Part shown: one piece after another, positions 7,945-16,069 of the stretch
Layout: the number at the start of each line of letters is the position of its first letter
How positions within the stretch are numbered: position 1 is the stretch's first letter
From: a virus
Taxonomy: Duplodnaviria; Caudoviricetes
Reading direction: 5' to 3' (one strand)
IMG/VR virus record: IMGVR_UViG_3300017777_003033
Location: 1 to 40,692 of that record
DNA length: 40,692 nucleotides
Notes under the pieces: generated by a model
Databases searched by the model: none
The model's input: only the letters and a program-made list of their open reading frames with translations
What the model was told of the DNA's origin: nothing
Position numbers and translations under genes: made by a program

Positions 7945-7966
7945 AATAATATGAATACTTATGAGT

Positions 7967-8251
7967 ATGAGATATGTAATAACCGAACAACAATACGACA
8001 GACTACGATATAAGCGTAGATATGAAGACATTAAAAATTTAATTGACGGGTTAATCGATGGTGACCTATCTGTTTATTACGATGAAGATGAATTTTATTC
8101 AGATATAAAGGATTTGGTGTTTAGAAATGTTTTTTTAGGTAATAGACAAAATTTGAGTTGGGATGAAATAGACCGAGACGAGTTAATGGATTTCATTGAC
8201 GACGCTTTCGAAGATTATATTAGAGAAAAATATAGAGAATATAACGGTTAA
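7967..8251 (+). CDS. hypothetical protein, MRYVITEQQ leader, paralog family
   Basis: Leader plus acidic domain; start at 7961 or 7967. Confidence 0.75.
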   Translation: MRYVITEQQYDRLRYKRRYEDIKNLIDGLIDGDLSVYYDEDEFYSDIKDLVFRNVFLGNRQNLSWDEIDRDELMDFIDDAFEDYIREKYREYNG

Positions 8252-8252
8252 A

Positions 8253-8510
8253 ATGGAATTAACAGAAAAAATTGACTTATTGGAGGACGAAATTATTGAA
8301 TTAAAATATCAATTAAAAAAATCTCGAGATAAGGAATATGTTTATTTGGACATCTTATCAACCATCGAAGAATCTTTGAAAGTTTTCTTCAAAGAAGAAG
8401 AGGAAAATAAGAGGTTTGGACTCAATGATGAGATTGATTATCGAGAATGTATTGTAAACTTGAAAAAGTCCTTGGATGAATATAAAAAAGTAAATAAATT
8501 AAGGTATTAA
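8253..8510 (+). CDS. hypothetical coiled-coil protein
   Basis: Likely start MELTEK at 8253, 1 nt after the previous stop. Confidence 0.7.
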   Translation: MELTEKIDLLEDEIIELKYQLKKSRDKEYVYLDILSTIEESLKVFFKEEEENKRFGLNDEIDYRECIVNLKKSLDEYKKVNKLRY

Positions 8511-8547
8511 AAAATAAATTATTATATTTGCTTAAAATTAATAATTT

Positions 8548-8769
8548 ATGGATTTCTATTTTAATGAGTATATTGGAGAACAAATGGTTGCGTTCAATTT
8601 TGAAGACAATAGTTTAACTGAAATAATGAAACATTTAACCAAGAATAAAATTCAAGGTGTTATAACTTCATTTAACTCTGAAAGACTTTCATTTGAACTT
8701 TCTTTTCCCGGATATGGAGAGTATTTTTATCCTGCGGTTGAATCCATCCCACACATCATTTCTTTGTAG
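8548..8769 (+). CDS. hypothetical protein
   Basis: TATATTTG at 8523-8530 upstream. Confidence 0.65.
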   Translation: MDFYFNEYIGEQMVAFNFEDNSLTEIMKHLTKNKIQGVITSFNSERLSFELSFPGYGEYFYPAVESIPHIISL

Positions 8770-8799
8770 ATTTAATTAACTTCTTATATTTATTGATAT

Positions 8800-9216
8800 A
8801 TGAAGAAGATTATAATAACCGAGTCCCAATACCAAAGAATATTTGAGGAAAGGAAAAGTAAAACCGAGTTATTCCAAGAAATGATAACCAATGAGTTTGA
8901 TAATATTAAAGCGGGTTGCGACTCTTTCGATTTTTTAAGATTACCTGATGGTATTAGTTATGACACTTGTATAGATAGTGAAGTAATTGATAATATTAAA
9001 GTTGATGAGGTTAAAATGATGTCTTCAAGTCCAACCAAGATGGATGGAACACCACATAATGTAACATCATCATTGTATATTAAATTAACCATCAATTGTT
9101 CGGTCCCAAACCCAAAAACTGAATTTGATGCGATAGTTTTCGATTTAAAACAATTGTTAGTTCGAAACACGGGAGGTATTCCGTTATCAATAGACTACCA
9201 AATTAATACCATGTAA
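8800..9216 (+). CDS. hypothetical protein with MKKIIITESQ leader
   Basis: TATTTAT at 8787. Confidence 0.8.
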   Translation: MKKIIITESQYQRIFEERKSKTELFQEMITNEFDNIKAGCDSFDFLRLPDGISYDTCIDSEVIDNIKVDEVKMMSSSPTKMDGTPHNVTSSLYIKLTINCSVPNPKTEFDAIVFDLKQLLVRNTGGIPLSIDYQINTM

Positions 9217-9244
9217 TCAACTGGTTTACGGGATATTTATTGAT

Positions 9245-9922
9245 ATGGGAAGTGAAAAACAAATATTAGAGACCTTATCCCCTCAAATTCGTAGAAGATT
9301 ATCAAATTTATCTCTTAGTCAAGAGATAACCAATATTATTGATTATGAAATTGGTTATCCGTGTAATATATCTCCAGCATCCGAATTTGTTTCAGAAGTC
9401 TGTGATATGTTAGTTCAAAACATTATGTATTGGTTGGAAGATGAATATGAATTTGGATTAACCCCAAAAGATAAAGATACCCTGTATAACTATTTTGTCG
9501 ATACTTTTGGTGATAACATATACAAACGATATAGTAAAATGTGTCTTAAAGGAAAACTTACCGAATCAAAAAACCAATATGTAATTTCCCAAGATAAGTT
9601 AAATAATTTTATATATAATTACATAAATTCTCATTATGATTTAGATAATATCGAAATAATAACACACGATGGTGATGAATATTTTGAAGGGTTAATTGAT
9701 TTTGAGGATGAAACCGGTAAAAGATTTTTTACCTATTTTAAACCCGAATATTTTACCGATGACCCATCTAATCAATTCATGATAAAAAATTCACCAACAC
9801 TTGAGACTCATAGTGATGATTATTTATTATTTAACGATTTATTTGATTTTCATTGGAAGGATGTTATGAAACAATGGTTTCAAGATAAGTTTAATTTACC
9901 TGTCAATTACGTCACATCTTAA
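9245..9922 (+). CDS. two-domain hypothetical protein (paralog-family domain, internal leader, then a domain shared with 14344)
   Basis: IRRRL...YPC...IYKRY..MC, then LTESKNQYVISQDKL, then ...WK..MKQWFQDKFNLPV.YV. Confidence 0.8.
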   Translation: MGSEKQILETLSPQIRRRLSNLSLSQEITNIIDYEIGYPCNISPASEFVSEVCDMLVQNIMYWLEDEYEFGLTPKDKDTLYNYFVDTFGDNIYKRYSKMCLKGKLTESKNQYVISQDKLNNFIYNYINSHYDLDNIEIITHDGDEYFEGLIDFEDETGKRFFTYFKPEYFTDDPSNQFMIKNSPTLETHSDDYLLFNDLFDFHWKDVMKQWFQDKFNLPVNYVTS

Positions 9923-9932
9923 TTTACGATTT

Positions 9933-10000
9933 GATTGGGGGGATATTCGTATACCGACCCGGTCTCACTTCGTTCGAGGTAATCCCCATCCCTTTTTTTT
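9933..10000 (+). repeat. structured intergenic repeat, copy 4
   Basis: GGGGATATTCGTATACC...CTCACTTCGTTCGAGGTAATCCCC...T8. Confidence 0.8.
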
Positions 10001-10025
10001 ATATCCCAATATATTTATAATTAAT

Positions 10026-10439
10026 ATGAAATTATTTTTAATATTAATTTTAGTTACCAATATTTCTTTTGGTCAAACAACATTGGATAGTTTTATCAAT
10101 GAATGGAAAGGAACCCCTTATCGTTTAGGTGGTCGTTCTAAATCAGGAATTGATTGTTCTCAATTCACCAAACGATTATATAAAGATGTTTATGATAAAC
10201 AATTGGATGATGTTGCGTGGAAACAATGGAACCAAACAAAACGAACAACCAAAGATAGTTTAGAAATAGGTGATATAGTATTTTTTAATAGTAAAACATC
10301 ACCATCAAGATGGCATTGTGGAATTTACATTGGAAATAATAAATTTGTGCATTCATCCAATAAGAGAGAAGGGGTGAAAGTAAGTGACCTAAATGAACAT
10401 CGCTATAGTAAAAGTTATAAGGGCGCTGGAAGATTTTAA
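10026..10439 (+). CDS. NlpC/P60 (C40) cell-wall peptidase with signal peptide
   Basis: GTPYRLGG...GIDCSQFT, GDIVFF, HCGIYIGNNKFVHSS (Cys-His-His). Confidence 0.92.
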   Translation: MKLFLILILVTNISFGQTTLDSFINEWKGTPYRLGGRSKSGIDCSQFTKRLYKDVYDKQLDDVAWKQWNQTKRTTKDSLEIGDIVFFNSKTSPSRWHCGIYIGNNKFVHSSNKREGVKVSDLNEHRYSKSYKGAGRF

Positions 10440-10453
10440 TATATTTATAAGAT

Positions 10454-10735
10454 ATGAAAAAAATTGTAAAATTAACAGAGAATGATTTAACAAGAATTGT
10501 TAAACGAGTTATAAATGAAAATGACCGAGTATATGGTTATGATAACATCAAAAGTTTGGAAAAAAACTTAAAAGATGATGAATATATTGACCTTGATGAT
10601 TCATCAGGTGAATTATCCGGTTCCATTGTTAACAAAATGGAATATGTTAGGAAAATGTTGAGGTATGCGGTTGATAATGAAAGTTGGAGCGGGGTTGAAA
10701 GAGTTCTCTCATTTATTGATAATGAAATATTGTAA
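10454..10735 (+). CDS. hypothetical protein with MKKIVKLTENDL leader
   Basis: TATTTATA upstream. Confidence 0.8.
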   Translation: MKKIVKLTENDLTRIVKRVINENDRVYGYDNIKSLEKNLKDDEYIDLDDSSGELSGSIVNKMEYVRKMLRYAVDNESWSGVERVLSFIDNEIL

Positions 10736-10818
10736 GGGGTTTCTTTATTTTATTTTTCTATTTATATTTTTTTCGTATATTTGGTTTATGTGGTCACGCC
10801 ACGAAATTTACAACTTAA

Positions 10819-11094
10819 ATGAATATGGAAAATCAACTATCATTAACGGTGTCCGTCAAACCAAATGACGAAAATGTTTCAGTAATAATAACTTACCCTA
10901 AAGAACAACGAAAATTATCTTTATTGGAGATGTCCCAAATGTTAACCGGAGGGATTTCTTTAATCATTAAATTGGCTGGAGGCGAAGAAGATGGTAGTGT
11001 TAAGGATTATGAAATTATAGAAAGAGTTATTAAACAACTTAATGAAGATTTTATCTCCACACAATCATTTGATGATGCAAAAAGAATTGGGTAA
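10819..11094 (+). CDS. hypothetical protein
   Basis: TATATTTG at 10776-10783; coupled to the next ORF. Confidence 0.7.
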   Translation: MNMENQLSLTVSVKPNDENVSVIITYPKEQRKLSLLEMSQMLTGGISLIIKLAGGEEDGSVKDYEIIERVIKQLNEDFISTQSFDDAKRIG

Positions 11095-11348
11095 TGAAAA
11101 AAGAAATAATCAAATTTATTGAGGACAGATTTAGTTTCCCTTACTTACATTATTACAAGGCAGAACAAACTTGGTATAATGAGTTTTTTTTATATGATAT
11201 AAAAACCGAAACCATCTTTGTCTCTGATGTTGTAAAGGCCGAACTATGGAAAAGATTCGGAAAACCCTTTATTGAGAAAATATTCTTTGAAATTATTACC
11301 GGTTGGTTTAAAATTTCACACAAATATCCGGTAAAAGAGGTAATTTAA
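11094..11348 (+). CDS. hypothetical protein
   Basis: TAATG stop/start overlap. Confidence 0.7.
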   Translation: MKKEIIKFIEDRFSFPYLHYYKAEQTWYNEFFLYDIKTETIFVSDVVKAELWKRFGKPFIEKIFFEIITGWFKISHKYPVKEVI

Positions 11349-11555
11349 TTACCTCTTATTTGGATTTTTAAACATTTGTGATAGGATATCCATAGATTGC
11401 ATAATATCATTACCACCACCCATTTTAGGTATAAATTTACTCGTAATTTTCTCCATAAATTTGCTACCATATTTTTTTATGACATAAAAAATCATAATTG
11501 GATATAATATTAGAATAATACAAAGAACCGTTAAAATAAAATTTAAATATAACAT
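11349..11555 (-). CDS. small membrane protein
   Basis: N-terminal hydrophobic helix; converges on the previous gene. Confidence 0.6.
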   Translation of the reverse strand: MLYLNFILTVLCIILILYPIMIFYVIKKYGSKFMEKITSKFIPKMGGGNDIMQSMDILSQMFKNPNKR

Positions 11556-11655
11556 ATTTTTTTTCTTTAAAGATACATCTAATAACGAATAATGTCAAAT
11601 AACCACTTGTAAATTCAGTATTTTTTGTTTATATTTAATTCAAAAAAATATTATT

Positions 11656-12099
11656 ATGGAAAATATCGTTACTTGGGACTTCATGGGATGGAAAGAAAAT
11701 AATGAACCTGAAGTTGGATTACAATTAAAATGGAATAAAACATTATTGGAGAAATTCACTGAAATTTCAGCTCAAATTAATAGAAATTCGATGAGAGGTG
11801 GAGCAGATACCATCACAATGTATCCCGCATTGGAAGGGTTATTACACCCTGATTATTATGATGAACATAGAAAAATTTTGATGGGAAATTATAATGTCGT
11901 TTTTGACGATACTATTGACAAATATGCAATTGAACTTAAAAATTTCAAAGTTTTGGAGAATTTAAAAGTTATTCCTGAGTCATCAACACTAGGTGAAGTT
12001 AACTTGAAACCAATTGATGATGTCCCTGAAGAACAAGTTATTGAATACATTGAAGGATTAATAGGATATGTTATTGTGGAAAATTTGAATTTGGGATAA
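11656..12099 (+). CDS. stand-alone fragment resembling the T4-like (gp23) major capsid protein A-domain
   Basis: WDFMGWK...KWNKTLLEKFTEISAQINRNSMRGGADTI resembles the gp23 segment L..QI...A..I.RQT.RG.GNFII; only 147 aa. Confidence 0.55.
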   Translation: MENIVTWDFMGWKENNEPEVGLQLKWNKTLLEKFTEISAQINRNSMRGGADTITMYPALEGLLHPDYYDEHRKILMGNYNVVFDDTIDKYAIELKNFKVLENLKVIPESSTLGEVNLKPIDDVPEEQVIEYIEGLIGYVIVENLNLG

Positions 12100-12123
12100 T
12101 ATTTATATTAAATCCCCGTTCTA

Positions 12124-12375
12124 ATGAAAAGAAAATTAATATTAACTGAATCCGAGATGGTCTCCCTTATCAAGAAAATTATTAGTGAACAATATGAACC
12201 GGATAAATTATACCCACGATGGTATATTGTGGATATGTTAAATAAAGGCCCAAGAGAATTGAGAAAATATGTCAAAGGATTATCACATATTGAATGTTAT
12301 GATAGTAATGACAAAAAACATATTTGCACCAAGATACCTGAAGTCATATATGTTTACTTAAGTGGTCGATATTAA
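12124..12375 (+). CDS. hypothetical protein with MKRKLILTESE leader
   Basis: TATTTATA upstream; leader ends IKKIISE. Confidence 0.75.
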   Translation: MKRKLILTESEMVSLIKKIISEQYEPDKLYPRWYIVDMLNKGPRELRKYVKGLSHIECYDSNDKKHICTKIPEVIYVYLSGRY

Positions 12376-12428
12376 ATTTGATTCTTAAAAATTTTCCCTT
12401 ATATTTTTAAGAAAAAAAAATAAGATTT

Positions 12429-12860
12429 ATGAGTAAAGTAAAAATTTCTACAAGCAAAGGTGATATGATTTGTGAGTTGTATGACAACGAAACACCAATC
12501 ACAACAAACAATTTCAAAAGTTTAATTGAAAAAAAATTCTATGACGGATTAAATTTCCACAGAGTAATACCAAACTTTGTGGTTCAAGGAGGATGCCCAA
12601 ACGGATTGGGTAATGGTGGTCCGGGTTACACAATCCAATGTGAAGTAACTGCACCGAAACAATTTCACGATAAAGGTGTGTTATCTATGGCTCACGCTGG
12701 GTCCAATACCGGAGGTTCCCAATTCTTTATCTGTCATAACAGACAAGGAACTCAACATTTGGATGGTAACCATACTTGTTTTGGAAAAGTTGTTGAGGGT
12801 CTTGATATTATCGACCAAATCCAACAAGGAGACAAGATTCACTCAATCAAAACTATATAA
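12429..12860 (+). CDS. cyclophilin-type peptidyl-prolyl isomerase
   Basis: FYDGLNFHRVIPNFVVQGG, LSMAHAGSNTGGSQFFI, HLDGNHTCFGKV. Confidence 0.95.
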   Translation: MSKVKISTSKGDMICELYDNETPITTNNFKSLIEKKFYDGLNFHRVIPNFVVQGGCPNGLGNGGPGYTIQCEVTAPKQFHDKGVLSMAHAGSNTGGSQFFICHNRQGTQHLDGNHTCFGKVVEGLDIIDQIQQGDKIHSIKTI

Positions 12861-12864
12861 TCTT

Positions 12865-12891
12865 AAAACCCACCCAAAAAGGTGGGTTTTT
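12865..12891 (+). terminator. intrinsic terminator
   Basis: AAAACCCACC-CAAAAA-GGTGGGTTTT. Confidence 0.75.
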
Positions 12892-12908
12892 ATTTAAAAA
12901 ACAAAAAT

Positions 12909-13262
12909 ATGAATAGAAACAACTTTAATTTTGATGAAGACCAAATGAAAAATTTGGAAAAGTTTACACAATCGTATATGACACTTATGTCAAAAATGGT
13001 GAATTTTTTCAGTCGTATCACAAATTTCTTCTCAAGAAATCCAAAATTATTTTATTTAATTGTTGTAATATTTGTGTCCTATCAAATTATTAGTTATGTG
13101 TCATTAATTCAACCCAAAGGTCGATATGAAATAAAAACCTCAAATAATATAATTTATCAAACAAATCAGTTTGAAATTAAAGATAATTGTGTTTTTTTCA
13201 AGAAAACAAGTAATAATCAGGATGTAATTGTTTGTGGTGAGTATGCAATTCTTAAAAATTAA
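12909..13262 (+). CDS. membrane-anchored hypothetical protein
   Basis: Likely start MNRNNF; central TM LFYLIVVIFVSYQII. Confidence 0.65.
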   Translation: MNRNNFNFDEDQMKNLEKFTQSYMTLMSKMVNFFSRITNFFSRNPKLFYLIVVIFVSYQIISYVSLIQPKGRYEIKTSNNIIYQTNQFEIKDNCVFFKKTSNNQDVIVCGEYAILKN

Positions 13263-13294
13263 TTAATTTACTCTATATTGGAGTATTTATAAGT

Positions 13295-13849
13295 ATGAAA
13301 AGAGTGATAAGGCTTACTGAACAAGATTTAGCGAAGGTGTTAAGTGATGTGTTAAACATGGCAGGTATATTCGGAAAAAATAAAGAAAAAGAAAAAACAT
13401 CGGATATTGGTGTTTCAGATGAAAAAATTCCTAATAGAACCACTTCAGACGATGAATTCTATAAAAAAGTTTTAAAGTGCCTTGGTGCTAAACCAACAAA
13501 GGGTAATATGTCTTTTATGTATGCTTGGAGACAATCTGAAGGAGGGAAAGCAACTTTTAATCCATTTAATACTACGAAAAACATACCGGGAGCCACCATC
13601 TATAATAGTCATAAAGTCAAGAATTATCAATCAATGGAAGATGGTGTTAGAGCAACTTGCGAGACTATAAAGTTAGGTTATTATTCTGATATTCTTAACG
13701 GATTGAAAAATGATGTTGGTCTTTACGAACTATCGAGAATGGAAGGTTTGAAAAAGTGGGGAACCGGACAACTACTAGCTAAAGTTGCTGATGGTTACTT
13801 GGCTGGTGCAACACCGAAACCCGGACCTATTGACACACAAATTGCATAA
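13295..13849 (+). CDS. putative lysozyme-fold muramidase/transglycosylase with MKRVIRLTEQDL leader
   Basis: AWRQSEGG...NPFNTT...NYQSMEDGVRAT pattern of lysozyme-like phage proteins. Confidence 0.6.
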   Translation: MKRVIRLTEQDLAKVLSDVLNMAGIFGKNKEKEKTSDIGVSDEKIPNRTTSDDEFYKKVLKCLGAKPTKGNMSFMYAWRQSEGGKATFNPFNTTKNIPGATIYNSHKVKNYQSMEDGVRATCETIKLGYYSDILNGLKNDVGLYELSRMEGLKKWGTGQLLAKVADGYLAGATPKPGPIDTQIA

Positions 13850-13854
13850 AATAA

Positions 13855-13883
13855 AAAAATCCATCTAATTCGATGGATTTTTT
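13855..13883 (+). terminator. intrinsic terminator
   Basis: AAAAATCCATC-TAATTC-GATGGATTTTT. Confidence 0.75.
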
Positions 13884-13897
13884 GTTATATTTGCAGA

Positions 13898-14347
13898 ATG
13901 AAAAATCAAGTTAATATTGTAAATAAAAAAGCGAAGTTTGAATACGAGTTCATTCGAACTGAAATTGGTGGTATTGTATTAATGGGTTCCGAAGTTAAAT
14001 CAATTCGAGATGGAAAAATATCATTATCAGAATCTTTTTGCACTTTTATTAATGGTGAATTATATTTAAGAAACGCCAATATAACGGAAATACCGACAAA
14101 TTACACCCATAAATCAACTCAAGACCGAAAAATACTCTTAAAAAGGAGAGAATTAACTAAATTACAAAAAGAATTGATTAAGGGACTCACAATTGTTCCA
14201 TATCGAGTTTTTTTGAATGAAAAGGGGTTAATTAAGGTTGAAATCGCGTTGGCTCGAGGTAAAAAGTTACACGATAAGAGAGAAAGCATTAAAACAAGGG
14301 ATGTTGAACGGGAAATTAGTAGAGGTTCGGCATATTTAAAAATATGA
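13898..14347 (+). CDS. smpB: SsrA-binding protein SmpB
   Basis: NKKAKFEY, GIVLMGSEVKSIR, RKILL.RREL, GLTIVP, IALARGKKLHDKRE; TATATTTG at 13886. Confidence 0.95.
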   Translation: MKNQVNIVNKKAKFEYEFIRTEIGGIVLMGSEVKSIRDGKISLSESFCTFINGELYLRNANITEIPTNYTHKSTQDRKILLKRRELTKLQKELIKGLTIVPYRVFLNEKGLIKVEIALARGKKLHDKRESIKTRDVEREISRGSAYLKI

Positions 14348-14708
14348 AGTATATTATTACCGAGTCAAAATTAGAAAATTTTATAACTAATTACATTGAA
14401 GATTTATTTTCGGTGGATGAAATCAATTGGGCTAATCCTAGGATGTATGACCCTGAAGAAATGGAATCATATGAAGATCCAAACTTAATTGAATATTATA
14501 TTGGAGACTATGAGGAGGGTGATAATATTTTTTTAGATGGTATGGTTGTGATTATTTTAGTTCAAACGCCCAATCTAATTGTCCTTTAGTTGTTGTTGAG
14601 GTTGAATATGAAAGACAATTGAATTTATTGTTTAATAATAAGTGGAAAGAACCATTTAAAGATTGGTTTATATCTTCTTTTAATTTGCCGGTTAAATATG
14701 TTGAATAA
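14344..14708 (+). CDS. frameshifted gene (MKYIITESK leader; -1 shift at the T7 run 14528-14534), paralog of the 9245 C-terminal domain
   Basis: Frame 0 stops at 14589; the -1 frame continues RWYGCDYF...CPLVVVE...KWKEPFKDWFISSFNLPVKYVE* to 14708. Confidence 0.7.
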
Positions 14709-14711
14709 TTT

Positions 14712-14981
14712 ATGAAACAAACCAAAGAGCAAGTTAAAAAATTAATAGAAACATATCTCAATCTTGAACACATTCACAACATACCGGTTAAAAATATAAA
14801 AAGTGAGATAGTATCAACTTATGATGGTGATTATCCATTGTTTATTATTGAATATAATTGTGAAGAACTTGAAAATGATAGATATCAAAAAGATGATTTA
14901 ACTGAAGGTATTGAAAACTACACTAATTTGAAGGTCGGTAGGGATTATTGGATAGGATTTGAATGGTCATGGAATTCGTAA
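14712..14981 (+). CDS. hypothetical protein
   Basis: 89-aa ORF 3 nt after the -1 frame stop. Confidence 0.7.
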   Translation: MKQTKEQVKKLIETYLNLEHIHNIPVKNIKSEIVSTYDGDYPLFIIEYNCEELENDRYQKDDLTEGIENYTNLKVGRDYWIGFEWSWNS

Positions 14982-15157
14982 AATATACAATTAAATGGGT
15001 CGCATCTAATTTGTCCGTCCCATTTTGGGTTGTTGGACATGTTCATTTAAATTTGAATGTATACAGAGATATTCACGAAATTTTGGCATCCTTTGGAATG
15101 AACATTATCGTGGCTTTTGGATTTTGGTTGGAGTGGAAAGAACAAAAAAAACAATAA
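14969..15157 (+). CDS. small membrane protein
   Basis: MEFVKY..., two hydrophobic stretches. Confidence 0.6.
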   Translation: MEFVKYTIKWVASNLSVPFWVVGHVHLNLNVYRDIHEILASFGMNIIVAFGFWLEWKEQKKQ

Positions 15158-15207
15158 TCTATTTATATACAATAAAAATATATTAATTTTAGATAAAACA
15201 AGACAAT

Positions 15208-15405
15208 ATGGGCGCACAACATTTAACACAACAAGAAAAGGGTAAATTATACGAGGATATGTTAAGAAGATATCAACAACTTCAAGAACAAGTTAGGCAA
15301 ATTAAATCAAAAAGTTTTGAAGTTTCGGATGAAGACCAAAGACAAATTAACACTATCGAAACAACAATGAAAAAATTGTATAACGATACTCAAAAATTGT
15401 TTTAG
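15208..15405 (+). CDS. small coiled-coil protein
   Basis: 65-aa ORF, TATTTATA upstream. Confidence 0.7.
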   Translation: MGAQHLTQQEKGKLYEDMLRRYQQLQEQVRQIKSKSFEVSDEDQRQINTIETTMKKLYNDTQKLF

Positions 15406-16034
15406 AAGAATTTAAATCCGGTTAGTTTTTCAACATCCTCTTTCGTTACTTTTAATTTTTCCAACTCAACCTTGTTTGAGGCATTTTGGAAAATATATGC
15501 AAGGTATTGTTTTGTCTTCACAATATAAATTACTTTCCAACAATGTGATGGAACCGAAACCTTACCAATTTTTTTAACTTCACCCACATTACCACACCAA
15601 ACACGAACACTATCTTGTTCAGATGCGAATTTTCGTTCCATAGTCTCGAGAGTTTTCCATGAACCCGCATTTAGTGTGTGAGGTTGAGGTGTCATGTTAG
15701 AGAAATAAAAACATTCATCTTGAACTTGAGGTGTCTGACATAAATTCTCCGCAGCTGGCATCATATGTCCCCTGTCGTATCCACTCCCTTTATAATCTTC
15801 AGATAAATCAGTTTCCTTAACTAATAATGGGTCAGGTTTAAAGTTATCCTTTCTTTTTAATGGAGATGGACATGTCACCATTGATTTTGTAATCCACCAC
15901 TCAACCATTACCGGGTAATGTTTAGACTTACTAAAAAGTGAAGTGTAATTTGTGTGTTTAAGACGAATAGTGTCTTGAGAATAAGTTGATACACTGAATA
16001 GTAATATCAAAATAATTGTAAAAAGTTTTTTCAT
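15402..16034 (-). CDS. secreted DNA/RNA non-specific endonuclease (NucA/EndoG family)
   Basis: Signal peptide; YKGSGYDRGHMMPAA, FYFSNMTPQ..LN.GSW..LE, VSVPSHCWKVI. Confidence 0.92.
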   Translation of the reverse strand: MKKLFTIILILLFSVSTYSQDTIRLKHTNYTSLFSKSKHYPVMVEWWITKSMVTCPSPLKRKDNFKPDPLLVKETDLSEDYKGSGYDRGHMMPAAENLCQTPQVQDECFYFSNMTPQPHTLNAGSWKTLETMERKFASEQDSVRVWCGNVGEVKKIGKVSVPSHCWKVIYIVKTKQYLAYIFQNASNKVELEKLKVTKEDVEKLTGFKFF

Positions 16035-16069
16035 ATTGATAAATATGATTGAGTGATATATTTATTAGT

